From Solirubrobacterales bacterium (GTDB taxonomy: Bacteria > Actinomycetota > Thermoleophilia > Solirubrobacterales > 70-9), in the NCBI GenBank assembly GCA_036269215.1, contig DATASN010000033.1, positions 9,359-73,358 on the forward strand: a DNA stretch of 64,000 nt, in the 5' to 3' direction. Of the stretch, positions 8,393-17,575 are shown one piece after another. The position numbers and the translations under genes are program-made. Positions within the stretch are counted from its first letter, which is position 1. Every line of letters starts with the position of its first letter. The notes below the pieces were generated by a model. The model did not search any database and was not told the DNA's origin. It saw only the letters and a list, made by a program, of their open reading frames with translations.

Positions 8393-9543
8393 TGTCCTCG
8401 GTCGGCGAGATCCTCGAGGGCAAGGGAATCTGCATCTGCGCCGGTTCGGGCGGGGTCGGCAAGACGACCACCTCGGCGGCGATCGCAAGCGGGATGGCGG
8501 CGCGCGGCCTCAAGGTCTGCGTGCTGACGATCGACCCGGCGAAGCGGCTCGCCGATTCGCTCGGCCTCGAGCAGCTGGGCAACGAGGCGCGCCAGGTCGA
8601 CCCGGGCCTGTTCGAGCGCCAGGGGGTGCAGATGAAGGGCGAGCTCTGGGCGATGATGCTCGACGCCAAGGCGACCTTCGACGAGCTGGTCGCCCGCCAG
8701 GCGCCGGACGAGGAGTCGCGCGACCGCGTCCTCGACAACCGCATCTACCAGCAGATCTCCAACGCACTCGCCGGCTCGCAGGAGTACATGGCGATGGAGA
8801 AGCTCTTCGAGCTGCACACCGAGGGCCGCTTCGACCTGCTCGTCCTCGACACGCCGCCGACCCGCAATGCACTCGACTTCCTCGACGCCCCGCGCCGCCT
8901 CACCCAGTTCATCGAAGGCCGCTCGCTGCGCGTCTTCATGCGCCCCACCGGGATCGCGGCGCGGGTGGCGGGACGCGGCGCCTCGGTCGCGCTCAGCGTC
9001 TTCAAGCGGATCGTCGGCTTCGACCTGCTGGCCGACCTGGCCGAGTTCTTCAACGCCTTCAGCGGCATGGTCGACGGCTTCCAAGCCCGCGCCAAGCGGG
9101 TCAACAGCCTGCTCGCCGATAGCCGCACCTGCTTCCTCGTCGTCTGCGGCCCGCAGGGGGAGCCGGTCGACGAGGCCGTCTACTTCCACCGCAAGCTGGT
9201 CGAGGCGAAGCTGCCCTTCGGCGGCGTCATCGTCAACAAGGTCCACTACCCGGCCGAGAAGCTTCGCGGCGCCGACGGCGACCTCGGCGGGGCGCTGGTC
9301 GAGAAGCTCGGCGACGAGGACCTGGCCGGGCGCGTCGCCGGGAACTTCGCCGACTACCAGGCGCTGGCCGAGCGCGACGCCCGCAACATCGAGCGCCTGG
9401 CGAGGGAGCTGCGGACCAAGGGCGTGATCCGCGTCCCCTACCTCGACGAGGACGTCCACGACCTAGCCGGCCTGGCCGAGATCAACCGCTACCTGTTCGC
9501 GAGCAACGAGCAACGCGAGGCAATAGCCGCGGGCCGCGCCTGA
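8392..9543 (+). CDS. ArsA/GET3-family ATPase-like protein (second of the pair, Rv3680-like)
   Basis: The P-loop is ICAGSGGVGKTTTSAAIA, and VLTIDPAKRLADSLG and LLVLDTPPTRNALDFL are present. Its start overlaps the previous stop (ATGA-type junction). Confidence 0.8.
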   Translation: MSSVGEILEGKGICICAGSGGVGKTTTSAAIASGMAARGLKVCVLTIDPAKRLADSLGLEQLGNEARQVDPGLFERQGVQMKGELWAMMLDAKATFDELVARQAPDEESRDRVLDNRIYQQISNALAGSQEYMAMEKLFELHTEGRFDLLVLDTPPTRNALDFLDAPRRLTQFIEGRSLRVFMRPTGIAARVAGRGASVALSVFKRIVGFDLLADLAEFFNAFSGMVDGFQARAKRVNSLLADSRTCFLVVCGPQGEPVDEAVYFHRKLVEAKLPFGGVIVNKVHYPAEKLRGADGDLGGALVEKLGDEDLAGRVAGNFADYQALAERDARNIERLARELRTKGVIRVPYLDEDVHDLAGLAEINRYLFASNEQREAIAAGRA

Positions 9544-9549
9544 AAAACT

Positions 9550-9602
9550 CCGCCGACGGGACGAAATCCACGGCAATGCCGTGGATTTCGTCCCGTCGGC
9601 GG
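9550..9602. repeat. Conserved palindromic terminator-type hairpin, copy 1
   Basis: The arms CCGCCGACGGGACGAAATCCACGGCA and TGCCGTGGATTTCGTCCCGTCGGCGG are perfectly complementary. It lies between convergent genes. On the minus strand the stem is followed by AGUUUUUCA. The same 20-nt arms recur at 54453..54507. Confidence 0.75.
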
Positions 9603-9607
9603 GTGGT

Positions 9608-11203
9608 TCAGCCGGCTTCGCGACTGTAGTGGTCGTATTTGAGCTCGCGAACTTCCCAGTCGGCGTCCTCGGGGACCGGGAAGAGGTGGCGCACGCGGGG
9701 GGTGTCGATCCGCTCGCGGTGCTGCACGTCTCCCTCGATCGCCGGGAAGTCGAGGGTGCTGTCGGTGGCCGCGACCTCGTCCAGCCAGGGAGTCGCGGTG
9801 ATGCGGATCTCGCCCTCGGCCGGGATCGGCTCGAGGATGCGGGTCTCCTGATCGTCGTGCTCGTCCTCCGGCTCGTGATGCGCAACGTAGTGTGACGTCA
9901 CTGTCTCCTCCACCTCTCCCGTGTCGGGTGTCTCCCAGTCCATAGGCATCTCGACGATCGTCCCGTCGCCGGCATCGAGGCCGGTCGCGATCAGGGTCTC
10001 GTCGGCGGCTGTGCCGAGGTCGGTGCCAAGCTCGCCGAGGGCGGCGTCGCGGAGGATCCGGCGCACTCCCTCCTCGATCCAGGTCGCCAGCGCGAGGCCA
10101 GGCAGCGAGGGAGCGCCGTTCATCAGCGAGCGCTCCAACTCCAGCGCGTGCTCGATCTGCTCGCGGGCCTCGATCCGGTCGAAGGTGTCGTCGGCGATCA
10201 GTGCCGAGGCGCGCATCGGCAGCGAGGCGCCGACCGGCCCGTGGCCGTCGAGCACCGCGCGCAGCGCCAGCAGATGGTCGCTGAGGCCCTCCAGGGCGGA
10301 GCCGCGCCCGCAGCCCATCTCGAAGCGCCCGACCGCCCAGGCCAGAGCGCCGTCGGGGTCCGGGCGCGCCTCCAGCGTGCTCGCGAACTCGGCCAGCTGG
10401 ATCGCCTCCTCCTCGTTCAGCTCGTAGCCGCCGGACCGGGTCGATGGCGCCCCGGTGGCGAGGCGAGCCCAGCGCCCCTCACCGGTCGGCGCGAAGGCAT
10501 GCGGGCCGAGCCCGACACTGCCCATCTTGAAGAGGTGCATGACGCTGATCAGCTCGTGCAGCTGGCGCATCGCGTCCTCGGCGCTCTCCGCCCCCTCGCT
10601 CTGCTCCGCGATGGCGAGGAACTGCGGCTCCCAGGCGGCGCGGCCCATGCCCTCGCTGCGCATCGCCTCGATCGGCGCCTCGATCGAGTCGGCGCGGATC
10701 ACCTGCACGCCGTGGGGTAGCTGCAGGCGGGGCAGCGGCATGCGCAGCCCGACCAGCGGGGCGATCAGCACGTCGGCCTCCTCGATCCCCCGGGTCTCGG
10801 CCTCGAGCACGGCGAGCGCGCCCTGCAGCCGCTCGTGGTCGAGCGAAAGTTCGGTGCACCCGTCCCAGAGCGAGGCGAGGAAGACCGTGAGCATCTGCGC
10901 CGCGCGCTCGCCGGGATCGGTCGGGACCGGCTCGCCGCGCGCTTCCAGGTAGGCGGAGGCGATGCCGGCGGCGGCGACCGCGTCGCGGGCGGGTCCGAAG
11001 GCCTCGAGGCCGCGCAGCTCGGTCTCGCGTTCGCGCACGTAGTGCGAGGTCAGCGGCTTGTAGCTGTAGAAGAGCGAGTCGTCGCCACTGTCGGCGTCGA
11101 CGTCGAAGGGGATCTGATCGCCACCGGCGACGAGCGAGCTGAGCCGGATCGCCGCCTCGGAGGCAAGGCGGGTCAGGGCATCGTTGACGAGTCGATCACG
11201 CAC
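9608..11203 (-). CDS. Conserved hypothetical protein with an acidic C-terminal tail
   Basis: Frame of ORF 9608..11272. I prefer the GTG at 11203 (VRDRLVNDALTRL), which is preceded by GGAAGG, because the longer N-terminus is an implausible Arg/Cys-rich peptide. I recognised no family. Confidence 0.55.
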   Translation of the reverse strand: MRDRLVNDALTRLASEAAIRLSSLVAGGDQIPFDVDADSGDDSLFYSYKPLTSHYVRERETELRGLEAFGPARDAVAAAGIASAYLEARGEPVPTDPGERAAQMLTVFLASLWDGCTELSLDHERLQGALAVLEAETRGIEEADVLIAPLVGLRMPLPRLQLPHGVQVIRADSIEAPIEAMRSEGMGRAAWEPQFLAIAEQSEGAESAEDAMRQLHELISVMHLFKMGSVGLGPHAFAPTGEGRWARLATGAPSTRSGGYELNEEEAIQLAEFASTLEARPDPDGALAWAVGRFEMGCGRGSALEGLSDHLLALRAVLDGHGPVGASLPMRASALIADDTFDRIEAREQIEHALELERSLMNGAPSLPGLALATWIEEGVRRILRDAALGELGTDLGTAADETLIATGLDAGDGTIVEMPMDWETPDTGEVEETVTSHYVAHHEPEDEHDDQETRILEPIPAEGEIRITATPWLDEVAATDSTLDFPAIEGDVQHRERIDTPRVRHLFPVPEDADWEVRELKYDHYSREAG

Positions 11204-11321
11204 GCCCCAGCCTTCCGCCCCACGCACAACGCTCCTGCGCCTGCACGGACGCTTGCAGTGAGCGAATCCCACGAAACCTCGTTAGTGCGCCAAGGAGGCG
11301 TAAAAGTGAGGTTTCGTGAGC

Positions 11322-11729
11322 TTATGCGGAGGCAGCCACGGCCGGCGCGTCCTCGAAGAGCCAGCGGCGGCCGTAGCGGCGCATGTCCTCGACCAGCGGC
11401 ACAAGGGCCTCGCCCTTCTCGGTCAGCGCGTACTCGACTCGGGGCGGGACCTCGGGGAAGGTGTGGCGCTCGACGATCCCCTCCTCTTCCAGCGCCCGTA
11501 GGCGCAAAGAAAGCGTGCGCGGGCTGATCCCCTCCAGCGAGCGCTCCAGCTCACAGAAACGACTGGACCCTTCGGCCAGATCGCGAATCAGCAGAAGGGT
11601 CCACTTGCCACAGACCACTTCGGCGGTGCGGCAGACGGGACATTGGGAGTTGGATACGGCACTCATGGTCAGAAGCGGGGCGGTTGTGTCGATTGCCTCG
11701 CTCCAGTCAGTGTACCGATCTCGCTTCAC
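11322..11729 (-). CDS. HxlR-family winged-helix transcriptional regulator
   Basis: CPVCRTAEVVCGKWTLLLIRDLAEGSSRFCELERSLEGISPRTLSLRLRALEEEGIVERHTFPEVPPRVEYALTEKG matches HxlR. The true start may be the internal ATG at 11666 (MSAVSNSQCPV). Confidence 0.8.
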   Translation of the reverse strand: MKRDRYTDWSEAIDTTAPLLTMSAVSNSQCPVCRTAEVVCGKWTLLLIRDLAEGSSRFCELERSLEGISPRTLSLRLRALEEEGIVERHTFPEVPPRVEYALTEKGEALVPLVEDMRRYGRRWLFEDAPAVAASA

Positions 11730-11745
11730 TTACTGAAGTTTTGGG

Positions 11746-12645
11746 CTATTCCGGGCTTGTCGCTGCCTGCGGCACCGGAACCCGCTTGACCGAGAGAACG
11801 TTGAGCTTGTAGTTGACGCCGCTTTCGCCGAGGCTGAAGGTCTCGGGGTATTTGGGTTCCATTTCGAGCAGCTGGCAGGTGCTCGTCCCGGCGACGCATT
11901 TCGCTTCGCCGAAGACCGCGCTCACTTCGGTTGAGACCAAGAACAGCGGCTTTTCGGTCGTCGGGTTGACCCCGATATAGGCAACGACCTGGACCTTCTT
12001 CGCGGGCAGCGTGGCCGGCGGCAGGATCCGTTCCTTGGTTTCGGGCTTGCTCTGTTCCTTTGTGCCATCCGGGTTGGTCACCGTCTTGGTGATCTTCACG
12101 TCGATCGCCCAGGTGTAGGTGACGACCCCCGAACCGGGAGCGGCTCCGCCGCTGTTGGCGCCAGTGGACGGTGGGCTTGTCGGCACGGACGCGGGTGGAG
12201 ACGATTCGATCGGGACCCCCACCGGGGCTTCGGGTGGAGGCGCGGACGTCGACGGGGTTTCGGTCACGGTCGTGCTCGTCGCCGTGGATTCCCCACCCCC
12301 AGCCGCCGGGACGGCGACATGAGTGAACTTCTGGACAAACGGGTCCTTGGCGTGCCGCTTGGCGAGTCGCTTGCGCGCAACCCGGAGTCCTGGGTCCACC
12401 TGTGTCACCGTGAACTTCGCGGCCCGAGACGCACTGGCGCCTGTCGATGAGGTCGTCGCGGAGACGGGCGGGACCGACGCCCGCGGTTCCGATTTGGCGA
12501 GCAGGAAGGGAACGGCGACGATCGCGACGACGACCAGGGCGACGAGCGGCAGCAACCGGCGGTCATGCAAGTCGTAGAAGAGATCCACTAGGGCGGGGGG
12601 TACTTTCAGCTTCGGCATCTTCAGGTCAGGTCCCAGGCGCTTCAC
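11746..12645 (-). CDS. Single-pass membrane protein, last gene of the pilMNO block (function unknown)
   Basis: The GTG start overlaps the pilO stop (GTGA). It has a basic N-terminus, a TM helix LLPLVALVVVAIVAVPFLL, a Ser/Thr/Pro-rich linker and a ~110-aa C-terminal beta-rich domain. Confidence 0.6.
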   Translation of the reverse strand: MKRLGPDLKMPKLKVPPALVDLFYDLHDRRLLPLVALVVVAIVAVPFLLAKSEPRASVPPVSATTSSTGASASRAAKFTVTQVDPGLRVARKRLAKRHAKDPFVQKFTHVAVPAAGGGESTATSTTVTETPSTSAPPPEAPVGVPIESSPPASVPTSPPSTGANSGGAAPGSGVVTYTWAIDVKITKTVTNPDGTKEQSKPETKERILPPATLPAKKVQVVAYIGVNPTTEKPLFLVSTEVSAVFGEAKCVAGTSTCQLLEMEPKYPETFSLGESGVNYKLNVLSVKRVPVPQAATSPE

Positions 12646-13415
12646 GGCGTCCCTCCGGTCGTGGTCGAGGCGGGCGTCGCCGTCACCGGGGTTGGCGCTT
12701 CCGGAGTCGCCCCGGCTGTCGTGCCCTGCTCGGGCGGCGTCAGGTAGGTGGTCACGGAGAAGTCTGCCTGCACGAACGGGAACGGCAGGGCTTGTGTGCT
12801 CGACAGGGAGAAGCCGTTGATGGTGATCAGGCGCCCGTCCACCTTGACCTTGGAGTTCGCGGTCTTGACCAGCGAGTCGAGACCCTGGATGAAGTCGGCG
12901 ACGTGCGAGAAGCGGCCGATGAACTTGAGGTTGTAGGGCATCACATCGAGGCCCGCCGGCCCGATCGAGGCGCCGAGCGGCAGGGTCGCGGCCGCCGCCT
13001 CGGTGGGCGCCGCCGGAGCCGGCGCGGAGCTCGGCGATGATTCGGCCGTGGGCGCGGCGGCTTCCGGAGTCGCAGCTTCCGATTCCGAAGCTCCTAGTTC
13101 GATTTCGCGAAAGCTGATTTTGGCCTTCCCGGAAATGTGCGTCATCGAGACCAGGAGCGAAGCGGTTTCGTCATCGCTCGGGACGGCCTTGCCGAGCACC
13201 ACGAGCTTTTGGTAATCGTGCGGGAAGCCTTTGCGGGCGGCCAGGGCCTGATCCGCTTCGGCGCGATCGGCGGCCAGCGACTGCTTCAGTTTGGAGGCTG
13301 TCTGCCCGAGGTCGCTCGCTTCCTGGCGCTTCGGCCCGAGCAGGAGCATCCAGAAACCCACCGCCAGGGCGGTGACCGCGAGCATCGCGACGATCGTTCT
13401 GTTGGTCGCGCTCAT
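12642..13415 (-). CDS. pilO: PilO-like type IV pilus assembly protein
   Basis: The internal ATG at 13415 gives MSATNRTIVAMLAVTALAVGFWMLLLGP, a TM helix followed by a coiled coil and then a PilO-like C-terminal domain (PYNLKFIGRFSHVADFIQGLD). The longer ORF N-terminus is an Arg-rich artefact. The start lies 2 nt after the pilN stop. Confidence 0.7.
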   Translation of the reverse strand: MSATNRTIVAMLAVTALAVGFWMLLLGPKRQEASDLGQTASKLKQSLAADRAEADQALAARKGFPHDYQKLVVLGKAVPSDDETASLLVSMTHISGKAKISFREIELGASESEAATPEAAAPTAESSPSSAPAPAAPTEAAAATLPLGASIGPAGLDVMPYNLKFIGRFSHVADFIQGLDSLVKTANSKVKVDGRLITINGFSLSSTQALPFPFVQADFSVTTYLTPPEQGTTAGATPEAPTPVTATPASTTTGGTP

Positions 13416-13416
13416 C

Positions 13417-14220
13417 TCAGCCTTCCGACGAGGTCGGGGTCGATTCCGCGGTCGAGGATTCCGGCGCCGGTTCCGCCGGCGCGGCTTCCGCCGGCGCCGC
13501 TTCTTCGCCTTCGCCCGAGGGCGCGACCGGCGCCGCATCGAAGGCGACGACGAGGTGGAATTCGGTGATGAAGCCGAGGGTCCGGCAATCGCTAGACCCG
13601 CTTTCGCTCGCCGAGCCGGTTCCAGTCGCCGCACCGGCGCCGCTGTTCGGTTCGGGCAGGGCCGACGATTCGACGCCGACCCGCGTCACCCCGTCGATGT
13701 CCTTCAGCGCCAGGACCAAGCCGGCGACCCCATTGTGAGTCAGGGCGCAGCCTTCGAGTTCCAGCGCCGGGCCGGCAATCGAGCTCCGCAGGCCTGCCCC
13801 CGACGATTCCCCGCCACCGGATTCCGAGCCGACCGAGGCTTCCGGGCTGGCGGTAGCGGTCAGGCCGGTCAGCCAGGCGTACGGGGGTATCACCCGCGAG
13901 AGTTCACGCATCACCCGTTCCCAGTCGAAGCGGCTGTCAGCGAGGCTGGTCACCGTCGCAACCCGCTGTTCGCTCAGGGAGCGGAAGCTCGTGTAGGCGG
14001 CGAGCCGCTGCGCCCGGGCGCTTGCGACGGCGTCTTCGCGGTGCAGCCGCGCGACTTCCGACTTGCTTTCGGAGATCTGGTTGCCGGTCAGGACAAGCGC
14101 CGTCACGCCGACGAGCACTGCCACGAGCGCACCGAGGACGATGTAGACGACGGGCCCGCTGCGCATAGGGCGGTGCTCGCCGCGGCGCTCCTCGGCTGGG
14201 ATCAGGTTGACCGGACGCAT
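13417..14220 (-). CDS. pilN: PilN-like fimbrial assembly protein
   Basis: MRPVNLIPAEERR is followed by the TM helix VVYIVLGALVAVLVGVTALVL and a coiled coil. Its start abuts the pilM stop. Confidence 0.75.
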   Translation of the reverse strand: MRPVNLIPAEERRGEHRPMRSGPVVYIVLGALVAVLVGVTALVLTGNQISESKSEVARLHREDAVASARAQRLAAYTSFRSLSEQRVATVTSLADSRFDWERVMRELSRVIPPYAWLTGLTATASPEASVGSESGGGESSGAGLRSSIAGPALELEGCALTHNGVAGLVLALKDIDGVTRVGVESSALPEPNSGAGAATGTGSASESGSSDCRTLGFITEFHLVVAFDAAPVAPSGEGEEAAPAEAAPAEPAPESSTAESTPTSSEG

Positions 14221-15309
14221 CTAGTGCTCCAGGGCCAGGCCGTAGGGAAGGGTCAGCCGCGCCGCCAGGCGGTCGTCGAGCTCGCCGAGCGCCGGCGGGC
14301 GGACGCAGGCGACCGGCAATCCCAGGCCGCCTTCCACCCTCGTCGCGAAGCCGGCGATCGCGCTGCCGGGCCCGCAGGCGGCCACGCGCTCAATCGGGAT
14401 GGCGCTTTCCTGAGCGCGGTAGTAGTCGAGCGAGAGGCGCAGGTCGTCGATCAGTGCGGCGACTCCCATCTCGAGCGCCTCGCGAGTCTCGCCGACGACT
14501 CCCGGGTCTCCCTCCACTTCGCCGACGGGAGCCTCCAGGCCGACGTGGGAAAGCCACTGGAGCGCGTGCTCCTGGCTGAGTCCGCGGCTCGCGGCAAGCA
14601 GCTCGGCGATCGAGCCGAGGCCCGCGTAGGAGACGCGGGTGAAGAGGCAGGACCGGTTGCGGGCCACAGCGAGGTTGGTGACGTCTCCGAGGCTGCAGTA
14701 GAGCACGGCGCCACTCGCCGCGCGCTGCTCGCCGGTCTGGGGATCGACCTGGGGCGGGACGGTATCGGCCAGGGCGCGGATCATCCCGAAGGCAGAGAGA
14801 TCGACGCCGACGGGCTCGAGCCCCGCACGCCGGATTGGCTGCAGGAAGACGGAGACCATCTCGCGGCGAGCGGCGACCACGACCACGTCGATCTGAGCCG
14901 GGGCGCCTTCCTCGGCGGGAACGCCGCCAACCACCTGGTGCTCCAGCACAGCCTGGTCGAGGGGCATCGGCATCTGTTCCTGGGCCTGGAAGCGAATCGC
15001 GGCGTCGAGCTCCTTCGGGTCCTCGATCGCCGGCAGCCGCAGGTTGCGAACGACGACGCCCTGGTTGCCGAGGCCGACCCTCACCTGCTTGGGGAGCTTG
15101 CTGCGGGAGAAGAGCGCCTTCAGCGCCTCGGCCACGGCGTCGGGCTCGGCGATCTCGCCCTCGTGGAAGGCGCCCGCCGCCAGTTGCTCCACTCCAGCCG
15201 CGCCGACCCGCGCCGAGCCATTGAGCGTCACCTCAGCCGCGGCGACGCTGTCCGCCTCGATCTCGAGGCCGGCGATGGCATCCGTCTTCTTCTTTCTCGT
15301 CAATTGCAT
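14221..15309 (-). CDS. pilM: PilM, actin-like type IV pilus assembly ATPase
   Basis: MQLTRKKKTDAIAGLEIEADSVAAAEV is the typical PilM N-terminus, and the protein has actin-fold length. The ATG at 15309 is preferred, but a TTG at 15387 is possible. Confidence 0.8.
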   Translation of the reverse strand: MQLTRKKKTDAIAGLEIEADSVAAAEVTLNGSARVGAAGVEQLAAGAFHEGEIAEPDAVAEALKALFSRSKLPKQVRVGLGNQGVVVRNLRLPAIEDPKELDAAIRFQAQEQMPMPLDQAVLEHQVVGGVPAEEGAPAQIDVVVVAARREMVSVFLQPIRRAGLEPVGVDLSAFGMIRALADTVPPQVDPQTGEQRAASGAVLYCSLGDVTNLAVARNRSCLFTRVSYAGLGSIAELLAASRGLSQEHALQWLSHVGLEAPVGEVEGDPGVVGETREALEMGVAALIDDLRLSLDYYRAQESAIPIERVAACGPGSAIAGFATRVEGGLGLPVACVRPPALGELDDRLAARLTLPYGLALEH

Positions 15310-15417
15310 GGAGGTCCGGGGCGCGTCGGCTCGTTGCGCCCGCCCTCTTTCAATCGACAGAAAGGCCTCAGACCTTTCGCCCTGCAACTACCCATTTCTA
15401 GGAGAACCTGGACGCTT

Positions 15418-16173
15418 CTACGAAAAGGTGCTCAGGTACCAGTCGACGATCTCGCTGCCCGCGAGCAGCCCGACCACCCCGCCCAGGGCCAGGAATGGCC
15501 CGAACGGGATCGCCTGCTTGCGCGCCGCGGCGCCGTAGCGGGCGATCATCGCCAGCCCGATCAGCGAGCCGGCGAGCAGGGCGACGAGGATCGCGGGGGC
15601 GACGCTGCGGCCCAGGAAGAGCCCCATCGTCGCCGCCAGCTTGACGTCGCCCAAGCCCATCCCGCGCGGGTAGGCGAGCGCCGCCAGGAAGAGCAGGCCT
15701 CCGGCCGCGGCCGCGGCGATCGCCCGCTCGGGCAGGCCGGCAGGGTCTCCGACGGCGGTGATCGCGACCGCCAGCACCGCCGCGACGATCAGGATCCTGT
15801 TGGGGATGATCCGCCGCTCGAGATCGGTCAGCGTGATCGCCGTCAGCATCGCGACGAAGACGAGGCCGAGGGCGATTTCGGTTGCATCGCCCCAGAGGAC
15901 GAGAACCGTGGCCGCATAGAGAAGGCCAACCACCAGCTCGGTCAACGGGTAACGGACCGAGATCCGCTCACCGCAGCAGCGGCTGCGACCCCTCAGCAAT
16001 GCCCAAGAGATCACCGGCACGTTGTCGTGGGCGGCGATCTGCGCGCCGCAGGATGTGCAGCGCGAGCGCGGCCGCACGATCGATTCCCCGCGCGGCACCC
16101 GGTGGGCGACCACGGTCACGAAGCTGCCGACCGTCAGCCCCCCGAGGAAGGCGAGCACCGCGGCGGGAGCCAC
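15418..16173 (-). CDS. pilD: Prepilin peptidase (A24 family)
   Basis: The N-terminal zinc-finger-like box is CTSCGAQIAAHDNVPVISWALLRGRSRCCGERIS. It is a polytopic membrane protein and carries the GLGDVKL active-site motif. Confidence 0.85.
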   Translation of the reverse strand: MAPAAVLAFLGGLTVGSFVTVVAHRVPRGESIVRPRSRCTSCGAQIAAHDNVPVISWALLRGRSRCCGERISVRYPLTELVVGLLYAATVLVLWGDATEIALGLVFVAMLTAITLTDLERRIIPNRILIVAAVLAVAITAVGDPAGLPERAIAAAAAGGLLFLAALAYPRGMGLGDVKLAATMGLFLGRSVAPAILVALLAGSLIGLAMIARYGAAARKQAIPFGPFLALGGVVGLLAGSEIVDWYLSTFS

Positions 16174-16176
16174 CGC

Positions 16177-17574
16177 CTACCCCCCTTCGATCGGGGTGGG
16201 GGTGTCGACCTCGATCCGGGTCCGGTATTTCGGGTGGTCGTAGAGGATGCCGATCGCTTCTCCCGCGGTTTCCCCGGCGACTGTCAGGGCGACGCCGAGC
16301 CGGTCTCCGGCGGGGATTTCCACGGGTCCGCTGAATTCCATCGTCTTGCGCACCTCTTCCCACTTGCCCCACCACCAGATCCCGCTGCCGCCGGGCGTGT
16401 ACTTCCAGTAGGGGTTGGAGGTGCCGACTTCTTTGAGCCACGTATCCGTGGCCGTCGGCGGGGAGCCCGTTTCGTGGCGGTCGAAGAGGTAGGCGCAGAG
16501 CGTCCCGGTGTATTTCGCGTCGCTGAGCGCCCGCGTGAAGAAATCGAGCGTCACCTTGCCGGCGAGGGTGAATTTGGAAGCCATCGGGTCGGTGACCCAG
16601 CGGTGCGCCTGCCATTGCGGCGCCGTTTTCCCGGTCGGGACGTAATGGCAGCCGCTGGTGTCGTCGCGGCGGAGCTGGATGCCCTTGGCGGTTTCGGCCG
16701 ACGGCGGGCTCGGGTAGTCGTTCGAGTAGTCGTAGACGAGTGGGTTGTTTTCGTCTTCCGGCGCGGGGTCCGGCGGCGCGCCGATCAGCAGCGTATCCGG
16801 GGCGCCCGGCGTCACCCCCGTCTGCGGCCCGCTGGCGCAGGTGCCGAGCGTGTTGTGCAGAGCGTGGTCGCCGCTGATCGTCTGCCGCGCGGTCGTGCCC
16901 GCCGAGGCGCACGCGGTGTCGGAGAGGAAGAACTGCTGCGCCGTGACCACGCCGTTCGCCCCCGGGATCGGGTCGTTGAGGGCGCTGTCTTTGGGGTCGA
17001 TGAAGTCGGACTGGACTTCGACGTACCCCCTCTCCCCCGACTGGTTGCCGGGCGTGTCGAGCTTGACCGCGACGACGATCTGCTTGTAGTCCTGGCCCCC
17101 CGGACAGGTCGCGCTGGGGCAGCTCGTGTCGTTGCGCCAGACCACGTAGCGGTAGACTTTGCCGGTCACGTCGCCGCTCGTGAATTTGGTCGGGCCGGGA
17201 TTGACCACCCCGCCTTCGACGACGCCGCCGCCGTAGAGTTCGCCGCCGTTTTCGACCAGCCGGTGATATTCGGACGGCGGTTCCCGGATCACGGCAAATT
17301 CGGCGTTGGAGACGCGGTGACCCGGATTGAGCGTGTCGGTCGACGACGGTGGGGCAGCGGTGAGCGCCAGTTCCTTGTTGGAGAGGCTGCGCAGCTTCTC
17401 GATTTCCTGCTGGGCCTGATCGAGCGCGACCTGGCTCGCCTTCGCCCGCTGCGTGTTGATCGTCGCGGCGCGCAGAACCCCGAAGGTCGCGAAGGCGCCC
17501 AGGACCAGCACCAGTGCCGCGACCAGCACCTCGATGATCGTGATCCCGTCCTCTCTTTTCGCCAGGCGTCGCAT
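16177..17574 (-). CDS. Large PilV-like minor pilin (prepilin-type N-terminal methylation domain)
   Basis: The ATG at 17574 gives MRRLAKREDG/ITIIEVLVAALVLVLGAF, a class III signal, followed by a ~430-aa Cys-containing globular region. The start lies 2 nt after the upstream stop. Confidence 0.7.
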   Translation of the reverse strand: MRRLAKREDGITIIEVLVAALVLVLGAFATFGVLRAATINTQRAKASQVALDQAQQEIEKLRSLSNKELALTAAPPSSTDTLNPGHRVSNAEFAVIREPPSEYHRLVENGGELYGGGVVEGGVVNPGPTKFTSGDVTGKVYRYVVWRNDTSCPSATCPGGQDYKQIVVAVKLDTPGNQSGERGYVEVQSDFIDPKDSALNDPIPGANGVVTAQQFFLSDTACASAGTTARQTISGDHALHNTLGTCASGPQTGVTPGAPDTLLIGAPPDPAPEDENNPLVYDYSNDYPSPPSAETAKGIQLRRDDTSGCHYVPTGKTAPQWQAHRWVTDPMASKFTLAGKVTLDFFTRALSDAKYTGTLCAYLFDRHETGSPPTATDTWLKEVGTSNPYWKYTPGGSGIWWWGKWEEVRKTMEFSGPVEIPAGDRLGVALTVAGETAGEAIGILYDHPKYRTRIEVDTPTPIEGG

Positions 17575-17575
17575 C

